The position numbers and the translations under genes are program-made. From a phage: a DNA stretch of 64,000 nucleotides. The notes under the pieces were generated by a model, which was not told the origin of the DNA, did not search any database, and worked only from the letters and a program-made list of their open reading frames with translations. Positions 27,815-37,135 of this stretch are shown one piece after another (positions within the stretch are counted from its first letter, which is position 1; every line of letters begins with the position of its first letter). The stretch lies in the sequence record PZ445517.1; one strand, given 5' to 3'.

Positions 27815-28023
27815 TTCGGTTTACCTTCTTTAACGAAATCAGGATAAGGATAAAATCCTGAATAAAATCCTTCACCTTTATGATTGATGCATCCTTTATT
27901 AGAACAATAGCACCAATAATCGAAATCACAAGCCATTTCATCGTTGCATAAAGCAAAAACAACCGGCCACTTACACTTTTCACAGTGGGCATTTTTAAGA
28001 ATACTAGTTTGGCTCATAACCAT
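27811..28023 (-). CDS. cysteine-rich small protein
   Basis: track start is TTG; trimmed to ATG (MVMSQTS...); 10 Cys in 70 aa. Confidence 0.5.
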   Translation of the reverse strand: MVMSQTSILKNAHCEKCKWPVVFALCNDEMACDFDYWCYCSNKGCINHKGEGFYSGFYPYPDFVKEGKPK

Positions 28024-28226
28024 GTAACCTTTAAGCAATATTCTTCTACATGTTGTTTACGACCTTTCTTATCAATAAAGGTATATTCAACGAATGTTCC
28101 AATGTAGTCTTTATCTACATCATGTGGACTATTAATTGGGCATTTAGTACGGCAAATGCGTTCCCATTGACGAATAATTACTGCTTTGTTTTTAGGATCA
28201 AACGGATGCGGGTAATGTACTTTCAT
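28014..28226 (-). CDS. hypothetical protein (70 aa)
   Basis: track ORF; ATG verified. Confidence 0.5.
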   Translation of the reverse strand: MKVHYPHPFDPKNKAVIIRQWERICRTKCPINSPHDVDKDYIGTFVEYTFIDKKGRKQHVEEYCLKVTWL

Positions 28227-28677
28227 AATCCACCACTATTAAATCAATATCAGGAGTAAACATGTCGATTAATTTAGAAACCTTATCCCAATCGCCGCCA
28301 GCAATACCACAACCTATGCGTGGAATGTAAATTACCGGTTTAAACAAAAGGGTTTCTGCCTGTAGATTTAATTCTATCATGCAGTTTACTAAAGCACCAT
28401 AATCAAGATTAGGACCCGGTTCGTATTGCGTATACAAATTATAGCATATACTAAATCCTGTGGGATTATGTTTAAAAACAATAGACATATCGCCTAATTT
28501 ATCACGAGAACCGTACTCGGTAGTGGTTTTATCTATTTCTAAAATTTTGGGATAGGCTCTTGCTAATTGACCCGCTACGCCAGAGCCCATTGTGTGGAAG
28601 CAATTGCACCCGTGCGCAATAATATTACCTTGAAGAAATAGGGCGACAATATCGCCCTTGATATATTTTACAATCAT
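28198..28677 (-). CDS. macro-domain protein (ADP-ribose binding/processing fold)
   Basis: 159 aa; N-terminal ...IAHGCNCFHTMGSGVAG... and C-terminal GCGIAGGDW glycine motifs typical of macro domains. Confidence 0.7.
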   Translation of the reverse strand: MIVKYIKGDIVALFLQGNIIAHGCNCFHTMGSGVAGQLARAYPKILEIDKTTTEYGSRDKLGDMSIVFKHNPTGFSICYNLYTQYEPGPNLDYGALVNCMIELNLQAETLLFKPVIYIPRIGCGIAGGDWDKVSKLIDMFTPDIDLIVVDYESTLPASV

Positions 28678-29021
28678 CTAGTACTCAATCCTCGATTATA
28701 AGAATCTACTAAACGGTCAACCATTGAATGACAAGCGGCTTTATCTTTCTCCTCCGCAACTGAGCATTCTAAGGTATTCCACTTTTTAGCATATCGTTTT
28801 AATAATGTATCGTTTTTGTATCTGCTTGATTTATCTCTTTCTCCGTCTTTATATGCATATATTAATTTCTGTGCAAATTCAGCTTGGCATGCTTTATTTT
28901 TCCCACAATAATCTGCCGCAGTGCGGTTTACATATTCTCTAATTTCCGTATATGATGTATCTGCTGACGCAGAAGCAGAAAATGAAATTAATCCTATACA
29001 TAAAACCAAAATTTTAGTCAT
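28674..29021 (-). CDS. secreted/periplasmic protein with signal peptide (115 aa)
   Basis: N-terminus MTKILVLCIGLISFSASASA. Confidence 0.5.
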   Translation of the reverse strand: MTKILVLCIGLISFSASASADTSYTEIREYVNRTAADYCGKNKACQAEFAQKLIYAYKDGERDKSSRYKNDTLLKRYAKKWNTLECSVAEEKDKAACHSMVDRLVDSYNRGLSTR

Positions 29022-29559
29022 TTACTATTTCCAAAAGTTTATTATTTTTAAGGTAGTTAGCCTTTTCTAGGACTTCAGAAGCATATTTAGAACCTGCTTT
29101 AACATTCCATCCCGAATTATAAGAGGATATTGCTTTTCTTATATCGCCCTTATGTATATTTAACCAATAAGAAAGTTCAATGTACGCCCAGGAAGCTGAA
29201 TTGGATCGTTTATTCAACATTCTTTTTATTTCAGCATCAGTCATATTATAACCAAGTTCCTTAACTCTCGCTCGCATAGTAGGCAAATAATTTTGGAACA
29301 TTCCATAAGCGTGATGCTTTGGTTTAGATTTTAAATTAACTCCGCCAGAGCTTTCTTGCCATAAAATGGCTGCCATTATATGACCTAATCCGCTCTTGTG
29401 GATATTTTTATGTGTTTTATATTTTCCATCCTTAGAAAATTGTTCCCCGAATTGATACGCGTAACGCATGTTATCGAGTTGGACATTACTGAAAGTATGC
29501 TCGGAGCTATGTGCCATCATTGAAATGGCCAATAGACCAGCGAGTAGTGCTTTTCTCAT
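29014..29559 (-). CDS. secreted lytic transglycosylase-like protein
   Basis: signal peptide MRKALLAGLLAISMMAHS; LWQESSGG...MFQ motif reminiscent of SLT/lysozyme-like domains. Confidence 0.55.
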   Translation of the reverse strand: MRKALLAGLLAISMMAHSSEHTFSNVQLDNMRYAYQFGEQFSKDGKYKTHKNIHKSGLGHIMAAILWQESSGGVNLKSKPKHHAYGMFQNYLPTMRARVKELGYNMTDAEIKRMLNKRSNSASWAYIELSYWLNIHKGDIRKAISSYNSGWNVKAGSKYASEVLEKANYLKNNKLLEIVND

Positions 29560-29566
29560 GCTTACC

Positions 29567-30028
29567 TCATTGAGTTTTAATTACTGCTTTAGAAGCCTTT
29601 CCTGGTAAACGACGACTGTTAATAATTGCCATCCTACATTGAAGTGACGGGTCTTTGAACTTCTCGTTAGGTTTACAAACTGTAAATCCAAGCCAAAGAT
29701 TTCCATCTGTGATTTCTAAACGTCCAGGACGATATTCAACCCCATCAATAAAATCCTCGTCAATGTCAGGACGCGGAGGCATACTCAGGAATTCATTAAC
29801 TTCTAAAACATGGTCTTTTATTTTATGGAATAATTCAAAAACATATGTCTCATCAATCTCCCGCTGAATTGCGCGATCAAGAAGATGCTGAGAATATTTT
29901 AGATGAAACGATGAGACCCCTGCTGCTTTTGATGCCTCACGAATCTCATTGTTAATTTGACGAAACTCCGACTCAAAGTGACGACGAAGCTTATTTCGAC
30001 GGATAAAAACTTCAGTGTTGATAGTCAT
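29567..30028 (-). CDS. regB: RegB site-specific endoribonuclease
   Basis: 153 aa; matches my recall of T4 RegB; ATG verified. Confidence 0.93.
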   Translation of the reverse strand: MTINTEVFIRRNKLRRHFESEFRQINNEIREASKAAGVSSFHLKYSQHLLDRAIQREIDETYVFELFHKIKDHVLEVNEFLSMPPRPDIDEDFIDGVEYRPGRLEITDGNLWLGFTVCKPNEKFKDPSLQCRMAIINSRRLPGKASKAVIKTQ

Positions 30029-30054
30029 GTTATTCTCCTCTTAACTGATAGAAA

Positions 30055-30088
30055 AATTATACCACAGTCAAGAGGAAAAGTAAACAGT
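30055..30088 (-). promoter_or_regulatory. T4-type early promoter upstream of regB
   Basis: minus strand GTTTACT - 17 nt - gTATAAT. Confidence 0.6.
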
Positions 30089-30366
30089 TATTCTTTAAAT
30101 CTAATCAATTTATTCATAGACTTTGAAACTTCTGCACGGACCTCATGTAGGTTTTTAAGTTGTTCAAGACGTTGCTCATAGTAAGCAATTTCATCTTCTT
30201 CGAGACAGTCCTGTGAATCTTCTTTAAGATAACGTGCATAGTCCTGGAAAGCTTTACGGACTACTTCCTGGAAGTCATCAAGACTTTGAATTTTCTTAGG
30301 AGCGGCAGATACACGACGAGGTGCAGTATAATACTCATAACCAAACCCTGCACTTAATTGAGCCAT
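30088..30366 (-). CDS. hypothetical protein
   Basis: track ORF begins with GTG; trimmed to ATG ([13 protein letters not shown]) overlapping the upstream stop (TAATG). Confidence 0.45.
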   Translation of the reverse strand: MAQLSAGFGYEYYTAPRRVSAAPKKIQSLDDFQEVVRKAFQDYARYLKEDSQDCLEEDEIAYYEQRLEQLKNLHEVRAEVSKSMNKLIRFKE

Positions 30367-30632
30367 TAGTATTTTTCCTCTGGTTGGAACACTGCACGAC
30401 AAGCCCACATACTGGCTTCTTTGAGTTTCGTTTTAGCAATATTTAACTGATCGAGGCTTTCAGCATAATTCTTCGCGAGTTCATCATCTTCACACTTATC
30501 TAGTGCTTCCCAGAATTCATCATATAAAGCATCAAAGATAAGTCCTAAACGAACTTCAGCGTCTTTGATAGCATTCACTTTACCGATTTTCTCTTCAGTA
30601 TGCGGCTTATAACCTTTAATGTCTTCAATCAT
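30366..30632 (-). CDS. hypothetical protein
   Basis: trimmed to ATG at 30630-30632 ([11 protein letters not shown]) with GAGGA SD. Confidence 0.45.
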   Translation of the reverse strand: MIEDIKGYKPHTEEKIGKVNAIKDAEVRLGLIFDALYDEFWEALDKCEDDELAKNYAESLDQLNIAKTKLKEASMWACRAVFQPEEKY

Positions 30633-30846
30633 ATTTGACTTCCTCACCAGTACATAAATCATATTCAACTAAACGAATAGGTTCATGAATGCCATATCCC
30701 TGAACAGAAATTTCTGTCGTAGGATAAATTCCATCAATATCACCCATATTCCACGCTTCGTTAAATTGCTGTTCGCCTGAATTACTAAACCACTCGGCGA
30801 AAGCATTTAGCACATCTTTAGAACCTTCAATAATTATCTTTGCCAT
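30625..30846 (-). CDS. hypothetical protein (73 aa)
   Basis: ATG overlaps the stop of the GrcA-like gene (TAATG). Confidence 0.45.
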   Translation of the reverse strand: MAKIIIEGSKDVLNAFAEWFSNSGEQQFNEAWNMGDIDGIYPTTEISVQGYGIHEPIRLVEYDLCTGEEVKYD

Positions 30847-31208
30847 TACAAACTCTCGGTGAAGGTACGAGCGATAACGTCGCGCTGCTGTTCCGGAGTC
30901 AGAGAGTTAAAGCGAACTGCATAACCGGATACACGGATGGTCAGCTGCGGATATTTTTCCGGATGCTTAACTGCATCTTCCAGAGTTTCACGACGCAGAA
31001 CGTTAACGTTCAGATGTTGACCACCTTCAACTTTAACTGTAGGCTGTTGCTCAATTTCAATTTCACGGGCATGCAAACCGTAGAAAATTTCTGGGTCTAC
31101 AAAAGAGTCCTCTTTAAAGGTTTTAGAGACAATAATTCGTGCTTGAATACCATCTTCAAAATAAATAGTACCTTTATGTGTGCCTTCAAGAATTTGATAT
31201 GCTTTCAT
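30846..31208 (-). CDS. GrcA/YfiD-like autonomous glycyl-radical cofactor protein
   Basis: 120 aa; C-terminal glycyl-radical motif RVSGYAVRF; last ~60 codons match my recall of E. coli GrcA and use GC-rich host-like codons, unlike the AT-rich 5-prime half. Confidence 0.85.
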   Translation of the reverse strand: MKAYQILEGTHKGTIYFEDGIQARIIVSKTFKEDSFVDPEIFYGLHAREIEIEQQPTVKVEGGQHLNVNVLRRETLEDAVKHPEKYPQLTIRVSGYAVRFNSLTPEQQRDVIARTFTESL

Positions 31209-31215
31209 ATAAACC

Positions 31216-31596
31216 TCAATTAGAAAATAAATTTATCCAAGATTGTTCTTTAATTAAAAATGGCTCAGAATCATATGCCATTAAACTCTGTGTGATTAGT
31301 CCTTTAAAAGGCCCATCAATAAATTCCATGGTAAAATATGGAATTTTATTCATTAGCCGTGCATTAGGAGCAGTACATAAAACTCTGCACCCTTTGAATA
31401 CACCTTTTTGTAATTTGTATTGCTTGGGATAAAATTCGCTCAAAATGTTATTTTTTGCCAAAATTTCAAAATGATTCACCAATTTATTTTTAATAGTTTT
31501 TGGTGAAAAATAAAGATATTCGAAAAGCTGAGTGTCTGTCATCATTGCATTCCGATTACGAAAAACTGTGGACGAGTAATACCACCAATGCAACAT
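31216..31596 (-). CDS. hypothetical protein (126 aa or shorter)
   Basis: track ORF; true start probably an internal Met ([13 protein letters not shown]). Confidence 0.4.
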   Translation of the reverse strand: MLHWWYYSSTVFRNRNAMMTDTQLFEYLYFSPKTIKNKLVNHFEILAKNNILSEFYPKQYKLQKGVFKGCRVLCTAPNARLMNKIPYFTMEFIDGPFKGLITQSLMAYDSEPFLIKEQSWINLFSN

Positions 31597-32129
31597 TTAA
31601 TATTACAGCAGCAGTGTACAGTGTCAATATGGACACTATAAATCTTATCCATATCAGGAGATTTGACAGGCTCATCAATTATATATAAAATTCGCGAAAG
31701 CTTTAAACCTCTGAACTTGCTTCCTTTATTACCTATAAAACTGCGCACAGAATCAGTAAATAAACGAAAACGTATATCATCATTAGAATAACGCGAAAAT
31801 TCCTTTTTAATGTTATTTGCAGAAATTTTAGCGTAAGCTGAAGTATTAGAAAGAACAATAACTGTTCCACCGTCATACAACCAATTAGCGGCAAAATTAG
31901 TTACTGCAGTTGATTTACCAGATTGACGTCCACCATCTAGTCGAAGTGTGCAATACTGCTTAAGTAAGTCTTCAAATGGCGGGATATATTCGTTTTTACA
32001 AATTTCTTCTACTCTAGCGTCAGAATGGTGTGTAAAAGCATTCATCAGGGATAGATAAGGACCAGTTAAAAATGTTCTCATTTTCTTCTCTCTAAATTTG
32101 GGCCATTCCATGGCGCATGAATTGTCCAT
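31542..32129 (-). CDS. P-loop kinase-like protein
   Basis: Walker A GGRQSGKST and YIIDEP Walker B-like motif; size typical of small nucleotide kinases; Cys-rich C-terminal tail may be read-through into next gene. Confidence 0.5.
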   Translation of the reverse strand: MDNSCAMEWPKFREKKMRTFLTGPYLSLMNAFTHHSDARVEEICKNEYIPPFEDLLKQYCTLRLDGGRQSGKSTAVTNFAANWLYDGGTVIVLSNTSAYAKISANNIKKEFSRYSNDDIRFRLFTDSVRSFIGNKGSKFRGLKLSRILYIIDEPVKSPDMDKIYSVHIDTVHCCCNIKCCIGGITRPQFFVIGMQ

Positions 32130-32234
32130 TTCTGTATTTACCCATTACCGCACTTGGGCTCGACCTTATTACAGGTTGGCGGGAATCCCTCACAGAATCA
32201 TGAGGTCCAGCTTGTTCCCATATTTCTTATTTGC

Positions 32235-32708
32235 TTATTTGAATGATTTAACGTACTGAATAGAACCTTTACTATTCACAAAGGCAATTTTACCATTTTT
32301 ATTATACATGGTAGCAGTACGCTGATAGCCATAAGTTTGTTTACCAGATTGATAACCAACTAATGCGAAATTATCTTCACCCATTTTATTCTGTTTAGCA
32401 CGAATACGTTCATGACCATGTGCCATAAGAACCTTAGCATCACCAGTTGCAATGGATCGACGAGTTTTTTCATCTTCAACTGTATTAACAAAGTCGTCAA
32501 ATGAATCAAATTTAGCATGAGATTTATTATACAGTTTTCCATCTACTGCATAATTATATCCTTGTACATCCATCTCAACTTCTGTACCATCATCCAATAC
32601 AGCAGTGATTTTCTGACCTTTTTTAAATTTCAAAAGATCAGTAAAAGATTCAGCAATAATTTGAGAATTAATAGCTGCTTCAGTAATAAATTCTTGATAT
32701 GTTTTCAT
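32235..32708 (-). CDS. ipII: internal head protein with N-terminal capsid-targeting sequence (ipII locus)
   Basis: starts MKTYQEFITEA, the conserved CTS; 157 aa. Confidence 0.65.
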   Translation of the reverse strand: MKTYQEFITEAAINSQIIAESFTDLLKFKKGQKITAVLDDGTEVEMDVQGYNYAVDGKLYNKSHAKFDSFDDFVNTVEDEKTRRSIATGDAKVLMAHGHERIRAKQNKMGEDNFALVGYQSGKQTYGYQRTATMYNKNGKIAFVNSKGSIQYVKSFK

Positions 32709-32749
32709 ATGTTTCCTTTAAATGTAAATAGGTCTGAGTATTAGCTTTA

Positions 32750-33331
32750 TTAAGAATTACCGCGGGCTGCATTAGCAACGGCGTAAGCGTACTGAACATT
32801 AGCGTCTTTAAACGTACCTTTAGAGGTATCTAGTTCTGCCTTAAAGCCGCCTTTAGTCATAACCTCGGCGAATTCTTTACGGAAAGCCATTGCATCAAGG
32901 CTTCTCCATGATGATTTGTGCTTGGCGAATTCAAGACCAGCGTAGTTGACAGCCTTAGCTAATTTATTATCAATAACCCATTTACCAGATTTAGGCACAA
33001 ACACCGGGCCTTTCTGTTTAGAGAATAGTTTTAAATTCCAGCGACGAAGGTCACCGTCAGCTTTAACAAAAGCTGCGTCCAAGTTACTAGCAACAACATC
33101 TTGAATATGACCAAATTTAAGCCCATCAACTTCAATATTTAAATCGGTACGCCAGCGAAGTCCTTCCCAAGCGAAGGCTTTAAAGTCGGAAGCCTTTGTA
33201 GCTAAGTACCGTTCAATAGGAGCTGTTTTAGGGTCAAAGCCGTTTCCCGATCGGTAGGTCCACTCATCTTTATTAATGCCTTTGGCCTTTACTACAGAAG
33301 CTTCGGCAATAAATTCTTGATAGGTTTTCAT
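32750..33331 (-). CDS. ipIII: internal head protein IPIII
   Basis: 193 aa; starts MKTYQEFIAEA; size matches T4 IPIII. Confidence 0.85.
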   Translation of the reverse strand: MKTYQEFIAEASVVKAKGINKDEWTYRSGNGFDPKTAPIERYLATKASDFKAFAWEGLRWRTDLNIEVDGLKFGHIQDVVASNLDAAFVKADGDLRRWNLKLFSKQKGPVFVPKSGKWVIDNKLAKAVNYAGLEFAKHKSSWRSLDAMAFRKEFAEVMTKGGFKAELDTSKGTFKDANVQYAYAVANAARGNS

Positions 33332-33389
33332 GTGTATCCTTTAAATGTAATTATTTTAATTAATAATTTATCTCTTCAAGTAACTGTGA

Positions 33390-33424
33390 ATATACTATCA
33401 CAATTCCAAGAGAAAGTAAACGGC
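33390..33424 (-). promoter_or_regulatory. T4-type early promoter upstream of ipIII
   Basis: minus strand GTTTACT - 17 nt - TAgTAT. Confidence 0.5.
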
Positions 33425-33425
33425 T

Positions 33426-34394
<969 letters not shown>

Positions 34395-34398
<4 letters not shown>

Positions 34399-34757
34399 TT
34401 TAATTTCCTGCAATCACTCACAAACTCTTTCATTGATTCATTTTCAATATAAGACATGTAGCTATTATATTCTTTTAATTGTATTTTGTAATCCTTTTTT
34501 CTTTGCCAATTTATTTTAAAATTATCATAATGAAAATATAACATGGTACCAAAGAATGAAAATAATGAAATAATTTTAGTATAGTGAAGTTCACTCCAAA
34601 CTTCTGTTATATTTACTGTGCCGTCGATGTTTAAAATAAGACAGTCAATTAACAATCCAAAAAGACTACCCGCAAGAGCTGCAGCCAACGCCACAGCAAA
34701 AATTAAAAATGACTCATGAAGCGAATATTTGACTTTATTTAGTTTTGGCTTTTGCAT
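34395..34757 (-). CDS. membrane protein (120 aa)
   Basis: two hydrophobic helices; ATG verified. Confidence 0.5.
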
Positions 34758-35131
34758 CGTGATTCCTTAACAAATTTCATAATTTCATCAAATTCATATG
34801 CAGCAAGTTTAAGCTGGTGTTCCTTTTTAATCTTTTTACACTGTGCTTTCCAATCACGTACGCGTTTACGATAATGTCTTCCTTGATACCAGTATCCTAC
34901 CCAATTTACCGGTACTAATAAAAGTGGAACTACCAATGGAAGAATTAGCATTAACACAAGTATTTCGCCAGAATCAATATCAGTCATAACATCTAAAACA
35001 CCTCCAATAATCAATAGAATTACAAATGATATAAGTATAACAGGACCTATTAATACATCAGTAGAAATTATCTGACGCTTTAATTCATACTTCAAAGGTT
35101 TACTTGGAAGGTATAGTGATGGCTTTGACAT
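34739..35131 (-). CDS. membrane protein
   Basis: track start is TTG; trimmed to ATG (MSKPSLYLPSK); two hydrophobic helices. Confidence 0.5.
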   Translation of the reverse strand: MSKPSLYLPSKPLKYELKRQIISTDVLIGPVILISFVILLIIGGVLDVMTDIDSGEILVLMLILPLVVPLLLVPVNWVGYWYQGRHYRKRVRDWKAQCKKIKKEHQLKLAAYEFDEIMKFVKESRCKSQN

Positions 35132-35708
35132 ATTCTCTACATTCCTTAACAAATTTTTCTAGTAATAAATCGCTTTCAAAACTAGGATTTTCCACTAATT
35201 TATCAAAAAGATCATCAACAATAGTTAAGATATTCTTTTTACTAAGAATACGTTTATTTTCATGCTTCGTTTCAGAATCAACTATAAGAGTAAAGAAATA
35301 TTTCTTTCCCTGAAATTTTACTGTAGTATCAATATAGAATAAATTTGACTTTTGTAAGTTACGTTTAAACCATGCGTCACTTAAACTATAAACACCGAGA
35401 TAATCAAAATCGTCGTTTAAATAACAAACTGTCCATTCAGGAGAAATGAAATCAGTAAATTCAACATCAAAATCGCATGTCAATGAATAAATTGATTCAA
35501 TACTGTTAATAAGTATTCCAGGACGTATTAAAGACTTTTTACCTCTGGAAAATCTTCCAGAAAGACTTTCATCAGTTTCATATGAAGAACCCCAATAATA
35601 ATTACGTCCTTCTGCCATACGTTTAAGAGCATTTAGTAATTGGTCTGGAACATCAACCTGTCTTTGGAACTCTTCAAACATTGAATTGAAATCACTTTGC
35701 ATTTTCAT
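35100..35708 (-). CDS. hypothetical protein (202 aa)
   Basis: track ORF; ATG verified. Confidence 0.5.
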   Translation of the reverse strand: MKMQSDFNSMFEEFQRQVDVPDQLLNALKRMAEGRNYYWGSSYETDESLSGRFSRGKKSLIRPGILINSIESIYSLTCDFDVEFTDFISPEWTVCYLNDDFDYLGVYSLSDAWFKRNLQKSNLFYIDTTVKFQGKKYFFTLIVDSETKHENKRILSKKNILTIVDDLFDKLVENPSFESDLLLEKFVKECREYVKAITIPSK

Positions 35709-35727
35709 TCCTATTTACTCCAAGTAA

Positions 35728-35745
35728 TAGGGGCCGAAGCCCCTT
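35728..35745 (-). terminator. UUCG-tetraloop hairpin (GGGGC-UUCG-GCCCC)
   Basis: plus ggggccgaagcccc between ORFs. Confidence 0.4.
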
Positions 35746-35749
35746 ATCA

Positions 35750-36342
35750 TTATTTCAGAGAATTAATATATTCCTGAACATCGGCAGAGGTAGTTTCAAC
35801 CCCAGAAATATTACCATTAAAGGTTTCAACTCGAGCAAGAGTATCTTCAATATCAACCTTAGTCAGTGCTGCAATTTCAACTACATCATCAGCAGTACTA
35901 ATTCCAAGTGCATTCGCTGCACGAGTTTCACGGATATATTCCAATTTAACTGCAAGTTCTTGGCGAGCATCATCTAACTCAACTACTTTCTTGGCGATTT
36001 CAATTCGCATTTCAGCATAACCATCAGCTTTAGTAGTCAACTGATCAGCTGTTCGACGATATAGTAAACCAAGTTTAGCATGCATTGTTACATCTTGACC
36101 TTCAGAAAGAAGCTTGCGAATTTCACGCTCTTTTGATTCGGCCTGCTTATTCTTTTCGACAATAAGTTCACGAATACGCTTTTCTTCGTTAATAGATTTA
36201 ACGGAAGCAGTTTTTAGGTCTTTAATCTTATCAAGTAGTTTTGCTGCTGCAGCAGTATACTGTTCTTCAACAGATAGATTTTAGCCATAGCAGAACCAAG
36301 TTTAGTGCGAATAAACTCAACAATTTTCTTCAGTGTGTTCAT
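35750..36342 (-). pseudogene. coiled-coil protein gene split by a frameshift
   Basis: ATG at 36340-36342 with AAGGA SD opens a 42-codon frame ending 36214; an overlapping frame is protein-like from 36280 but has no start codon until ATG at 36085; shift lies within 36217-36280. Confidence 0.45.
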
Positions 36343-36385
36343 AGTATTTCCTTAGGTTGATTAAGATTTAAAATCCGTGAGAGTA

Positions 36386-36562
36386 TTATACTCCGGATAG
36401 TTTGTAAACTATTTCAACATCGCCTTTTGCTGCTTTATAACCTTCAGCCCAAGATATAACCGAGTTTTTATCTGAAGATTCAAATTCTGGCATTGGGCTT
36501 TCGCCAATGTTCACGCAGTATGTTTCTTCATTTTCGTCGAACCAAATAATTAAAGTAGTCAT
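36386..36562 (-). CDS. hypothetical protein (58 aa)
   Basis: manually translated MTTLIIWFDENEETYCVNIGESPMPEF... Confidence 0.35.
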   Translation of the reverse strand: MTTLIIWFDENEETYCVNIGESPMPEFESSDKNSVISWAEGYKAAKGDVEIVYKLSGV

Positions 36563-36630
36563 TTATTTCTCCGTTTCTGTATTTGTTTTGATAAGTCTAT
36601 AATAACACCGTCCTTGGTGTTTGTACACAA

Positions 36631-36894
36631 TTATTTCATATTATTGAAATATTCTTCTGCGATTTCGTCGTTATCATGGTAAACTTTAGAAGACAGTTTA
36701 ACATAACCTTCAGCAGTGAACATATTAATCACAACCTTTACAGTATACCACTGACCATCTTCATTACCCATTACTGCGTAAGTTTCAAACATCGGATGAT
36801 CAGGACCGATAACTTTAATATCATTCACTGTACGACCAAAATCTTCTGAAACACATTTCATAAAGAAGTTGAACAGTTCGCCGTAATTATCCAT
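36631..36894 (-). CDS. hypothetical protein (88 aa)
   Basis: trimmed to ATG at 36892-36894 (MDNYGELFNFF) with GGAG SD. Confidence 0.5.
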   Translation of the reverse strand: MDNYGELFNFFMKCVSEDFGRTVNDIKVIGPDHPMFETYAVMGNEDGQWYTVKVVINMFTAEGYVKLSSKVYHDNDEIAEEYFNNMK

Positions 36895-36934
36895 TTCATT
36901 CTCCAAGTTGTTTTTCTGTATCAGTAGTTGATAG

Positions 36935-36970
36935 TTGTATAGTACCATGGAAGAATAGGGATGTAAACAG
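36935..36970 (-). promoter_or_regulatory. T4-type early promoter
   Basis: minus strand GTTTACA - 17 nt - TACTAT. Confidence 0.55.
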
Positions 36971-37102
36971 TTTTGTGAAAAATTTTTTAAAAAGTTTTGG
37001 GGAATTCTAGGGCAGGGAGGGCAATTAAAGGATAGGATAATATATTATAAAGGATAGAAACTAAATGATGCCTAGAGAGGCCCGGAAAGGCCTAAATACC
37101 AA

Positions 37103-37130
37103 AAAGCCCCGACCAAAAGGTTGGGGCTAA
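37103..37130 (-). terminator. intrinsic terminator-like hairpin
   Basis: minus-strand GCCCCAACC-UUUU-GGUCGGGGC followed by UUUUUGG, just after the stop at 37136. Confidence 0.5.
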
Positions 37131-37135
37131 GAATG

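Noticed and set aside
30840-31223. Plus-strand 127-aa ORF antisense to the GrcA-like gene, and the idea that the GC-rich segment is host contamination or a chimeric assembly
   Set aside because: The minus-strand frame is continuous from a phage-like N-terminus through the GC-rich part, and its stop overlaps the next gene's ATG (TAATG), as expected for a genuine integrated gene. The antisense ORF is an artefact of GC-rich sequence.
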